This document shows positions 7,464-15,612 of a DNA stretch of 32,000 nt, one piece after another (position 1 is the stretch's first letter; each line of letters starts with the position of its first letter). Source of the DNA: Candidatus Omnitrophota bacterium (GTDB taxonomy: Bacteria; Omnitrophota; Gorgyraeia; 2-01-FULL-45-10). The notes beneath the pieces were generated by a model. The model was not told the DNA's origin. It saw only the letters and a program-made list of their open reading frames with translations, and ran no database searches. The stretch lies in assembly GCA_023818895.1 (NCBI GenBank), contig JAMWCX010000002.1:330001-362000 (forward strand). The letters are read 5' to 3'. The translations under genes and the position numbers were made by a program.

Positions 7464-9373
7464 AAAACCTTTACCACTATTATCGTCATGTCATCGTGCT
7501 GTTGGGACTTTGGCTCGAACCGGCGCACATCGCGTTCTATCGTCTCCAGGAGCTTTCTCGCGGAAAGACCTCTGTTCTTAAGAGCAACTGCCTGTAGGCG
7601 CTCTTTACCGTACATATCGGAGTGACGATTCATCGCCTCGGTGATGCCATCTGTATAGTATATGAAGATATCGCCCTTTTCAAAGGCGACGCTGCTCGCG
7701 GAATACTCGCCTTCCATAAGGCCTAGCGGTGATCCTTCCTCGACATCGAGGAAACGGCTGCTTCCATCCCCCGCGATGTAAAGAACAGGAAGGTGTCCTC
7801 CATTACCATATACCATAGTTTTGGCTCTCACGTCAAATATAGAATAGTAGACTGTAACAAACAGGTTCGAAGTTGATTCTCTTATAAGTTTTGAATTGAG
7901 GCTCGACAATACTTCCTGCGGATTTTTCCCGGGAAGCGCAAAAGACCGAAAATCACCGACGACCATTGCCATGAAAAGGGCTGCGGGAACGCCTTTGCCG
8001 GAAACGTCGCCTATCATTATGCCGAATCGATCCTCGCCGAAAGACGTAAAGTCATATAGATCCCCTCCGACCTGGCGGGCCGTAAACATGGCCGCCGCTA
8101 CATCCATTCCCTCAATTGAAGGCATTACCTTAGGCAAGAAACTTTCTTGTATTTTCTTGGCTATCTGAAGCTCGCTCTCCATTAGAAGTCTTTTCTTCCA
8201 CTCCCTCACGTACTTGTATAGGGTAAGCGCTATGTGAAGAATCACCCCTACTACCAGCGGATAGATAAGGTCTATCCATAAGCCTGTCAGATTGAAAAGC
8301 AATATGCCGCTCGTGATAAAAATAGTCATTATGCCAACTAGCATGAAAAAACCTTTAAGAGGTCTTGTCTTAAGGACAAGGACCGACATGAGCGAAGATA
8401 GCACAATGAGTATCATAAGGTTCGTGCCACGTGATGCCCTCGCTATGAAATTTCTTTTTACAATGGAATTGAAGACATCGGCGTGCATGCCCATGGCGGG
8501 ATAAAGTGCGTCAAATGGATTAGGATGCAGATCAACCGTCCCCACAGCGGTCAGGCCGATTATGCAAACCTTGCCCCTTAACTTGCCCAAGTCGATATTT
8601 GGCACCTCCCCTGTCACTTTGGCTAGATAGGATTGCAATACATCCACAAACGAATAGTGGCGGTATGAACGGCCCCATGGAGCGGAGAAATTCACTATTA
8701 TATTGGAGTGTTCGTCAAGCGGAATCTTCACGCCACCAAGATCCACGTAACTTCCTAGCACAAACTTGACATCCTTCTGCGATATGCCCAGATGATCGCA
8801 GGCGAAAAGAAGCGACAGATACGGTTGAAGAAGATACCCCTCGTACTTAATATAAGCCGGCACGCGACGGAATTTTCCGTCTACATCGGGCACGACATTG
8901 ATATGGCCAACCCCCTTAGATACGCTGTTTAAAACCTCAAGGTTTCTGGCGGCTATGCCAGATGCGTAAGGCACCTTGCGTCTGCCGGGCTCGATATCAA
9001 ATACTACCGGGAAATAAACGTTGCCGGCCTTCTTTACGGCATCAACGAACTCCGCGTCGCTCTTCATCGGCTCGCTGAAGAAAATATCGAATACTATCGC
9101 TTTAGCCCCGGCCTCGGATAGCGCTTTTACAAGCAGCGCATGATAGCTCCTGTCAAATGGGAAGCGGCCTATCTTTTCGACGGTATCGTCGCTTACCTCG
9201 ATCATAACAACTTTGTCAGTGGTTGGTATCTGCGGGCGCGCTCTAAATCTGAGATCTAGCGTTTCGAGTTCATAGCTGTCGAGGATGTGGAAGTAGGAGC
9301 CGGCCATGATGGCCAGGCACCCAACCAGACCTGCCAACGCGACAAGTATCTTGTTAAGGGCTTTTATCTTCAT
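7460..9373 (-). CDS. CHASE2 sensor domain + PP2C/SpoIIE-type serine phosphatase (RsbU-like)
   Basis: N-terminal TM segment, then a periplasmic region with the CHASE2 signature IGRFPFDRSYHALLVKALSEAGAKAIVFDIFFSEP, then three TM helices. The cytoplasmic SpoIIE/PP2C part carries IAKKIQESFLP, GGDLYDF, GDVSGKGVPAALFMA and TDGITEA. The start codon directly abuts the upstream gene's stop (TAG-ATG at 9376-9371). Confidence 0.88.
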   Translation of the reverse strand: MKIKALNKILVALAGLVGCLAIMAGSYFHILDSYELETLDLRFRARPQIPTTDKVVMIEVSDDTVEKIGRFPFDRSYHALLVKALSEAGAKAIVFDIFFSEPMKSDAEFVDAVKKAGNVYFPVVFDIEPGRRKVPYASGIAARNLEVLNSVSKGVGHINVVPDVDGKFRRVPAYIKYEGYLLQPYLSLLFACDHLGISQKDVKFVLGSYVDLGGVKIPLDEHSNIIVNFSAPWGRSYRHYSFVDVLQSYLAKVTGEVPNIDLGKLRGKVCIIGLTAVGTVDLHPNPFDALYPAMGMHADVFNSIVKRNFIARASRGTNLMILIVLSSLMSVLVLKTRPLKGFFMLVGIMTIFITSGILLFNLTGLWIDLIYPLVVGVILHIALTLYKYVREWKKRLLMESELQIAKKIQESFLPKVMPSIEGMDVAAAMFTARQVGGDLYDFTSFGEDRFGIMIGDVSGKGVPAALFMAMVVGDFRSFALPGKNPQEVLSSLNSKLIRESTSNLFVTVYYSIFDVRAKTMVYGNGGHLPVLYIAGDGSSRFLDVEEGSPLGLMEGEYSASSVAFEKGDIFIYYTDGITEAMNRHSDMYGKERLQAVALKNRGLSARKLLETIERDVRRFEPKSQQHDDMTIIVVKVL

Positions 9374-10432
9374 CTAAAAAAAGTAGCTGAGGCCGCCGGA
9401 ATACATAGTGTCAACGTACCTTTCTAAAGGTTCGTTGGTATGGTTTTCGGAATGTGAATAATTCACGAAGGCGGAAAGATTATCTGTCATGTCGTATATA
9501 AGCGAACCTGTGACGATATAAAGGTTGTCCCTTTGCAGCGCTTCACTGTCGCTCACCTGGCGCTCATAATAGTTACGGCGCTGATAATAAAAACCGGCGG
9601 TGCCAAAAAGCCTCTTTGAAAGAATCGCGGTCAAGGCGCACCCTGTCCTATTGGCCCAGTAATCGTAGTAATCCATGTATTGGTAGTTCGATTCATTGAC
9701 GTAGTAGTCGTTAAGAACACGCAGCTTGACTTTCTTGCCTATGTATATGCCCAGCTCATACCTGCAGGTATTTCTGAGATCGGCCCTGAGTTCAGAGCTC
9801 AGCGTATAATTACTTAAGCGTACCTTTCTGTCGAAGTAGCTTCGATATTCGAGGCGATACATCGCCCGTTGATATAGCCATTTTGTTACCGTGTGCTTTA
9901 AGGATACGACAAAGGAATTGCCTAAGTAATTTCCTTCCCTGTTATGAGGATACCACATGGACTCGAAAACATAGCCCGCGCTAAAGTCCAAATCCTTGGC
10001 GATGTTATGGTCTAAATACACATCGGCTACGCCGTCAAATATGTTGACGTCTGTTACACGAAAATAGTTAACGTTTAGCGCGTTCACACCAAACCTGACA
10101 TCGGTCTTGCCAAGGCTTTCTGCAACAAGCGGATACTTGAAATGGAGATCGAACATCTCCTGTGTATAATTATCTGCTTTGTGAGTGGAGTCCAGAAGGG
10201 GGTTGGAATCTACTCCTTGGGTAACACTTGTGGTTATCTCCACTTTAAGAAGCTCTTTGGAAGGTTTTTTGGCCGGCGGGGAAACCGGCACTTTGGGAGC
10301 AGCGTATAAGTATTTTTTTATGTCCTGGTCTTCTACGGTCTTGACATCGGCACGAGAATGAATAGCTGTAAAAGTTGTAAAGAAAATCACTAAAAGCGTT
10401 GTACAAAATATCTTGCAGGATCCTTCCTCCAT
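9374..10432 (-). CDS. Predicted outer-membrane beta-barrel protein, family not recognised
   Basis: Hydrophobic N-terminal signal-like segment. Y/N/G-rich alternating pattern throughout. C-terminus ...YSGGLSYFF ends in an aromatic residue, typical of OMP beta-barrels. Confidence 0.6.
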   Translation of the reverse strand: MEEGSCKIFCTTLLVIFFTTFTAIHSRADVKTVEDQDIKKYLYAAPKVPVSPPAKKPSKELLKVEITTSVTQGVDSNPLLDSTHKADNYTQEMFDLHFKYPLVAESLGKTDVRFGVNALNVNYFRVTDVNIFDGVADVYLDHNIAKDLDFSAGYVFESMWYPHNREGNYLGNSFVVSLKHTVTKWLYQRAMYRLEYRSYFDRKVRLSNYTLSSELRADLRNTCRYELGIYIGKKVKLRVLNDYYVNESNYQYMDYYDYWANRTGCALTAILSKRLFGTAGFYYQRRNYYERQVSDSEALQRDNLYIVTGSLIYDMTDNLSAFVNYSHSENHTNEPLERYVDTMYSGGLSYFF

Positions 10433-10479
10433 CCTCTTTTGCCTTTTATACCCTTCTTAAAAACTTTTTCGAGATAAAA

Positions 10480-11514
10480 TCATTCTCCTTTATTAATTGT
10501 ACCGCCTGAAGTATCACCTGAGATGCCGCTTGCGTCTGAAACCGATGTGGTTTTCGATTCTATCGGCTCTCTCGCCTCTTCTTTCGCGGCTATCTGCGAT
10601 ATATCACGGGTCTCCTGTATATCCTGCTTCTTGGCTTCAAGCCTTTCGATCTGCGTCTCTTCTTTCGCTATGCGGTCCAACCTTGAATACGACCTATCTA
10701 TCGTGGATTCCGCTTGTTCTATAATAGATTGTGTCTTCTCGATGGTCCTTCCCGCTCTTTCCTCTATAGCGCCAGCGGTCTTTTCCGCTCTTTCTTCAGC
10801 CGCGCTTTCAGTCGGGGTTTCAATTCTTTTTTCTGTCGCCTTTTCCGGAGTCGAAGTGGCGGCTTCTTTCGCTATTTCCGGCGAGCGGCCTATAACCTCT
10901 TGCCTGAAACCGTTCCATCTGTCGATATCAGCGCGCGAAATCTGTTCGAGTCTCTCCGGCCTTTCGAACTTGTCAACCACAGCGCGGAATCCTTCGCTTA
11001 CTGTAAGCTCTCCTTCCATTACGCTGCCATCCCTATTGATGCCCTTGACATAAATAGCGTTCTCGTAAGAACTAAATATAGCCGTTTCTCCATCAGTCTT
11101 GCTGCCCCACCCTGTACCGCGAGCGCCGCTTATTCCGGCAGGCGTTCTTATCTCGAAGCTCGAGCCTTTAGGGATATTCCTCATCAAGGCAAGCACTTCT
11201 CCGTTCAGAAGTTCAATACTGCATGGCGTCTTCCCATGCACTATAACCACGTCAGAATTCTCCGCTATGCCAATGACGTTAGTCTTATCGGCCAGAAACA
11301 CTATATCAACGGCCTCATTCGCGGCTGTCCTTATCCTGTCCCCGTTCGAAACAGCCATCGCTGGCGCGCAGCTTATCCAGCTGCCTGAATCTCTTTTCAT
11401 TATTTTGGGGCTACCTCTTACGGACATGATTTCAGGCGAGGCGTCTTGCGCGAACGTAAGCGTGTAGGACACGAAGGTCAACACCGCTGTTATAAAAATT
11501 ATCTTAAGTCGCAT
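10480..11514 (-). CDS. Secreted FecR-domain protein with E/K/R/T-rich low-complexity C-terminal tail
   Basis: Signal peptide MRLKIIFITAVLTFVSYTLTFAQD. FecR-like core (..W..C.....VSNGDRIRTAANEAVDIVF...ELLNGEVLAL.....FEIRTPAGISGARGTGW). C-terminal ~140 aa is charged and probably coiled or disordered (EKRIETPTESAAEERAEKTAGAIEERAGRTIEKTQ...). Confidence 0.75.
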   Translation of the reverse strand: MRLKIIFITAVLTFVSYTLTFAQDASPEIMSVRGSPKIMKRDSGSWISCAPAMAVSNGDRIRTAANEAVDIVFLADKTNVIGIAENSDVVIVHGKTPCSIELLNGEVLALMRNIPKGSSFEIRTPAGISGARGTGWGSKTDGETAIFSSYENAIYVKGINRDGSVMEGELTVSEGFRAVVDKFERPERLEQISRADIDRWNGFRQEVIGRSPEIAKEAATSTPEKATEKRIETPTESAAEERAEKTAGAIEERAGRTIEKTQSIIEQAESTIDRSYSRLDRIAKEETQIERLEAKKQDIQETRDISQIAAKEEAREPIESKTTSVSDASGISGDTSGGTINKGE

Positions 11515-11565
11515 AATCTCTCCTTTTTTAGCCTACCTAAAGTGTTCCTAATTTTCCACCATTAC

Positions 11566-12189
11566 TTAATCTTTTCCCTTTATCAAAAGCTTCCAGGGAT
11601 GCGCTTTAAGGTCCTGACTGAAATCCTTGAAATTAATAGCGGTCTGCTCTATATTCATCATTATGCTGTCCAGGCGCGGCCTGTTATCTGTAACCGCTCC
11701 GTTGATATTTTCGGCGAGGTTCTTTATCTGGCCAAGCGTTTTATCCAGGGCATCCGCTATAGCATCGGCCTTCTTCCAGAATTTTCTGACCTCGACTGGG
11801 TCCTCGCTTGCCACCGTACCACCATTTTTAATAAACGGTTTATCCGCAGACCCAGGCGTAAGCCCAACATAAGCGTCGCCTATCATGCCAGAGGTGGCTA
11901 TGAACGCTATCGCGTCCTCATGGACTTTGAAGGCCGGTTTTACAGCAAGCTCCAGCATTATCTTTGTTTCGGGTTCGTACTTGAAACCTATCTTGGTGAC
12001 ACGGCCAACCTCTATGCCGGCTAACTTCACGATGGCATCCTCCTTGATTCCGTCGGCGTGATTGAAATAGGTATATATCTTGTAAGGGGCGCCGGTAGTG
12101 CCGGTGGTCTTAATATAAAAAATCATGGTTGCAAGTATCGCGGCAACGACTACTATGCCGGTCTTGACCTCGTTAGTAAGGATCTTCAT
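11566..12189 (-). CDS. mlaD: MCE/MlaD-family substrate-binding protein of an Mla-like ABC transporter
   Basis: N-terminal TM anchor followed by an MCE domain (YKIYTYFNHADGIKEDAIVKLAGIEVGRVTKI). Sits directly downstream of the mlaF/mlaE homologues. Confidence 0.85.
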   Translation of the reverse strand: MKILTNEVKTGIVVVAAILATMIFYIKTTGTTGAPYKIYTYFNHADGIKEDAIVKLAGIEVGRVTKIGFKYEPETKIMLELAVKPAFKVHEDAIAFIATSGMIGDAYVGLTPGSADKPFIKNGGTVASEDPVEVRKFWKKADAIADALDKTLGQIKNLAENINGAVTDNRPRLDSIMMNIEQTAINFKDFSQDLKAHPWKLLIKGKD

Positions 12190-12236
12190 GCGTTATCTCC
12201 TTTCCCTCACTGAATTATTTTTATCAAAACACAAAT

Positions 12237-13049
12237 TCACGCTACAAGCGTCTCCAGATAATCATCCTTCTGCTGGAAAAATTTTATAGGGCCATCGGGT
12301 GATCCATTTATGAACTGTTGAACCATCTCATTCTTGGAATGCCTTATTTCATCTGGCGTACCAACCTCAAGAACCCTGCCTTCGTAAAGCATAGCCACTC
12401 TGTCAGCTATAGAGAACACGCTTTTCATATCATGCGTTACCACAACGGATGTTATGTTAAGCTTTTTGGAAAGATCGAGTATCAGCTTATCTATGACACC
12501 GGCGACGATAGGGTCGAGACCGGCTGTAGGCTCATCATAGAAGACTATCTCGGGATCCATCGCTATGGCGCGCGCAAGTCCGACTCTTTTTTTCATACCG
12601 CCAGAAAGCTGGCTCGGCATCAGGTCCTCAAATCCTCTTAAACCAACGAGCTCCAGCTTCATTTTAACTACTATGTCCCGCACGCTTTTATCAAGTTTTG
12701 TGTGCTCTTTAAGCCCCAGCGCGACATTCTCGCCGACTGTCATGGAATCGAAAAGGGCGGACGACTGAAAAGACATACCTATTTTGCGCCTTAAGTGGTC
12801 CATCTCATCATCGTTAAGGGTGCTAAGATCCTTGCCCAAAAGATATATCTTTCCGGAATCGGGTTTGAGCGATCCGATGATGTGACGCAGGAAAGTCGAT
12901 TTTCCGCATCCGGAGCCTCCCATAATGACAAAGGTTTCGCCTTTGTAGATCTCAAGGCTGATACCATTCAATACCGTCCTGCCGCCGAATTTCTTAACTA
13001 CGTTGTCTGCTTTTATCACTACCTCTTTTTCGGATTCTTTCGGATTCAT
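12237..13049 (-). CDS. mlaF: ABC transporter ATP-binding protein, MlaF-like
   Basis: Walker A GGSGCGKST, signature LSGGMKKRVGLARAIA, Walker B IVFYDEPTAGLD, H-loop VVVTHD. Confidence 0.9.
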   Translation of the reverse strand: MNPKESEKEVVIKADNVVKKFGGRTVLNGISLEIYKGETFVIMGGSGCGKSTFLRHIIGSLKPDSGKIYLLGKDLSTLNDDEMDHLRRKIGMSFQSSALFDSMTVGENVALGLKEHTKLDKSVRDIVVKMKLELVGLRGFEDLMPSQLSGGMKKRVGLARAIAMDPEIVFYDEPTAGLDPIVAGVIDKLILDLSKKLNITSVVVTHDMKSVFSIADRVAMLYEGRVLEVGTPDEIRHSKNEMVQQFINGSPDGPIKFFQQKDDYLETLVA

Positions 13050-13050
13050 A

Positions 13051-13893
13051 TCATTTCCCTGCGAAATAAAATACGCCTGTTAGTATACAATCAAAAAGTA
13101 TTATAAGTATAAAGCTTGTCACAACCGAAAGCGTTGTGGACTTACCCACTCCCTCCGCGCCGCCTTTTGTGTTCAAGCCCATGTAACAGCCGATCATAGA
13201 TATGATAAGGGCAAAGGTCCCGCTCTTGACTAGCCCTGTCCACACATCTTTCCATGCCATATATTTGAACGAAAAAGTAATGTAGCGGTAGGGATCGAGA
13301 TCGAGACTGAAAACACCTACGAGGAATCCTCCGAATATTCCAACTAAATCCGCCAGTATCGTAAGACAGGGGAGCATTACAAGAAGCGCAAGAAAGCGCG
13401 GTATGACAAGAAATCTGATGGGGTTCAGCGCCATTGTCTCCAGCGCCTCTATCTGCTCGCTTACCTTCATCGTGCCAAGTTCGGCGGCTATGGCGGCGCC
13501 GACGCGGCCTGTGACGACAAGAGCTGTGAGAACGGGCCCCAGCTCTCTGGCCAAGCTTATCGCGACCATAGGGGCAACATATATATTAGCCCCGAATCTC
13601 GAAAGCTGGTATGCCGATTGCATCGCTATGACGATGCCGGTAAAGAAGGCAACAAACATCGCTATGACGAGCGATCCCACGCCGGCAAATACCATCTGAT
13701 GAAATATGCTGTCGCTTTTTACAAATTTATTTTTCAGCGGGCCGAATATCAGCCACCATATAGTGTCAAAAAGAAGACCTAAGACTTCGACGGTTCCCTT
13801 CCATGCGCCCAATACTACGCTTCCTATCTTGGCAAAAAAGTTTACTATCACCGTTACCCCCATCAATGCCTTATGCGAAAGTGGAGATGGCAT
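13051..13893 (-). CDS. mlaE: ABC transporter permease, MlaE-like
   Basis: Multi-TM protein with the MlaE/TtgB-type block GAAIAAELGTMKVSEQIEALETMALNPIRFLVIPRFLA. The alternative ATG at 13863 would remove the 23-nt overlap with the STAS gene. Confidence 0.88.
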   Translation of the reverse strand: MPSPLSHKALMGVTVIVNFFAKIGSVVLGAWKGTVEVLGLLFDTIWWLIFGPLKNKFVKSDSIFHQMVFAGVGSLVIAMFVAFFTGIVIAMQSAYQLSRFGANIYVAPMVAISLARELGPVLTALVVTGRVGAAIAAELGTMKVSEQIEALETMALNPIRFLVIPRFLALLVMLPCLTILADLVGIFGGFLVGVFSLDLDPYRYITFSFKYMAWKDVWTGLVKSGTFALIISMIGCYMGLNTKGGAEGVGKSTTLSVVTSFILIILFDCILTGVFYFAGK

Positions 13894-14206
13894 CCTGCTC
13901 GTCGGCCATTATTTCGAATAGCTTCTCCAACTTGGTTATCTCGAAAAGGCTCTTTATTTTGGAAGACAGGTTCGTGAGCCTAAGGCGGCCGCCGTAAGAA
14001 CGCATATTCTTGAGTATCTCCACGAGCGTCGCAAGCCCTGATGAATCAACATAAGTCACTTTGGAAAGATTAACAACTATCTTAGGCGTCTTGGATGATA
14101 TCAGCTTATCAAACACCTTCTTTATAGACGGGCTCGAATTTATATCGATCTCGCCCTCCACGTAGCATACCGTTAATCCGTTTTTGTTCTCGATCTTCAC
14201 CGCCAT
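13871..14206 (-). CDS. STAS-domain protein (anti-sigma-factor antagonist type, SpoIIAA/RsbV-like)
   Basis: 111 aa. Carries the conserved phospho-acceptor context VTYVDSSGLATLV. AAGGAG RBS upstream of the ATG at 14206. Confidence 0.85.
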   Translation of the reverse strand: MAVKIENKNGLTVCYVEGEIDINSSPSIKKVFDKLISSKTPKIVVNLSKVTYVDSSGLATLVEILKNMRSYGGRLRLTNLSSKIKSLFEITKLEKLFEIMADEQDAISTFA

Positions 14207-14227
14207 AGCTATGTCTCCTTTTCCCCT

Positions 14228-14692
14228 TTATTTAAGATTCTTCACCATCGTTATCCTTCTGCCGCCAGCCGTGTATTCGACCTTGTCCATAAGCTTCTTT
14301 ATAAGATAGACTCCCCTGCCGGAGTTCTTAAATATATGCGCTTCACTTGTGGGGTCCACAAGCTTCGACTGGTCAAACCCTTTACCTTCATCTTCTATCT
14401 CGATGTGGAGGTTGTCATCCTCGACCCAGGAGGCGATCTTTACCAAACGGCGCCTGTCGCAATTATTGCCGTGGACGATCGCATTCCTAACGGCCTCTTC
14501 TATGCACAGCTTTATATCAAAGATTTTGCCTTCATCGAGCACATAATCCACTATTTTTGACAACACAGCATTCGACACCTTTCTTATAAACCGTGTCTCG
14601 CTCGGGATCTTTAGCTCAGTCCTTCTGCTTGCCTCTTTATGGTTCTTTAAAAATCCCAATGGCCCTAATCTTATCATATCGAGCGTCCACAA
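14228..14692 (-). CDS. RsbW/SpoIIAB-like serine protein kinase (HATPase_c anti-sigma-factor type)
   Basis: N-box EEAVRNAIVHGN, G1 EIEDEGKGFD, G2 NSGRGVYLIKKLMD. The track start at 14692 is a TTG inside accA, so the start is uncertain. The in-frame ATG is at 14677. Confidence 0.8.
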   Translation of the reverse strand: MWTLDMIRLGPLGFLKNHKEASRRTELKIPSETRFIRKVSNAVLSKIVDYVLDEGKIFDIKLCIEEAVRNAIVHGNNCDRRRLVKIASWVEDDNLHIEIEDEGKGFDQSKLVDPTSEAHIFKNSGRGVYLIKKLMDKVEYTAGGRRITMVKNLK

Positions 14693-15599
14693 GTTTGTCT
14701 TTGGAGATATTTTTTAGACCTGCGAGATCCTTTTTTATAGTCTTTTTTATATTCTCGGCCGCCTCATGGGGATCCCGGTGGGCTCCACCGAGCGGCTCTT
14801 TGATTATACCATCAATGATCTTCATTTCAAGAAGATCCTTGGCGGTAAGCTTTAGAGCGGCGGCCGCTTCAGGAGATTTAGAACGCTCCTTCCAAAGTAT
14901 CGCGGCGCATCCCTCCGGAGATATTACCGAATAATACGCGTTCTCAAGAACGTACACCCTGTCTCCCACCCCTATACCAAGAGCGCCGCCGGAGCCGCCT
15001 TCACCTATCACAAAAACTATTATCGGCACCCTCAAATGCGCCATCTCTCTAAGATTATAGGCTATCGCCTCAGCCTGTCCGCGCTCCTCCGCGCCGATAC
15101 CTGGATACGCGCCCGGCGTGTCGATGAAGGTAACTATGGGCAGGTCAAACTTCTCGGCCATGTACATTACCCTCATGGCCTTTCTATATCCTTCCGGATT
15201 GGCACAGCCGAAATTCCTCTCCAGGTTCTCCTTGGTATCCTTGCCCTTTTGATGACCTATTACGACTATCTTCTCCCCGTTCAGCTTTGCCAGCCCGCAT
15301 ACCATGGCCTTGTCATCAGAAAAATGCCTGTCGCCGTGTATCTCGATGAAATCGGTCATCATCATCTCGATATAATCCAGCGTGTAAGGCCTTTTGGGAT
15401 GACGAGCTATCTGGACCCTTTGCCAGGGGGTGAGGTTATCGTAGACATCCTTTTTTATCTGGGCCAGCTTCTCTTCGAGATGTCTTATCTCTCCGGAGAT
15501 ATCAATATCCTTGTGGGATGTAAAACCCTTGAGTTCCTCTATCTTACGCTCAAGGTCTATTATAGGCTTTTCGAATTCGAGTCCAGGAATAGCCGCCAT
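14637..15599 (-). CDS. accA: Acetyl-CoA carboxylase carboxyltransferase alpha subunit
   Basis: Full-length AccA-like sequence: LTPWQRVQIARHPKRPYTLDYI, FIDTPGAYPGIGAEERGQAEAIA, GEGGSGGALGIGVGD. Confidence 0.93.
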   Translation of the reverse strand: MAAIPGLEFEKPIIDLERKIEELKGFTSHKDIDISGEIRHLEEKLAQIKKDVYDNLTPWQRVQIARHPKRPYTLDYIEMMMTDFIEIHGDRHFSDDKAMVCGLAKLNGEKIVVIGHQKGKDTKENLERNFGCANPEGYRKAMRVMYMAEKFDLPIVTFIDTPGAYPGIGAEERGQAEAIAYNLREMAHLRVPIIVFVIGEGGSGGALGIGVGDRVYVLENAYYSVISPEGCAAILWKERSKSPEAAAALKLTAKDLLEMKIIDGIIKEPLGGAHRDPHEAAENIKKTIKKDLAGLKNISKDKLVDARYDKIRAIGIFKEP

Positions 15600-15612
15600 C
15601 CAACAGATCCTT

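Noticed and set aside
6564-7581. Plus-strand ORFs 6564..6980, 6823..7581 (252 aa), 7020..7319
   Set aside because: They are antisense to a well-supported GAF/HD-GYP gene. Their sequences are Ser/Leu-rich with no recognisable motifs, as expected for the reverse frame of a real gene.
10497-11467. Plus-strand ORFs 10497..10724, 10523..11053, 10714..11388, 11099..11467
   Set aside because: They are antisense shadows of the FecR-domain gene. That gene's low-complexity E/K/R-rich tail keeps the opposite strand open.
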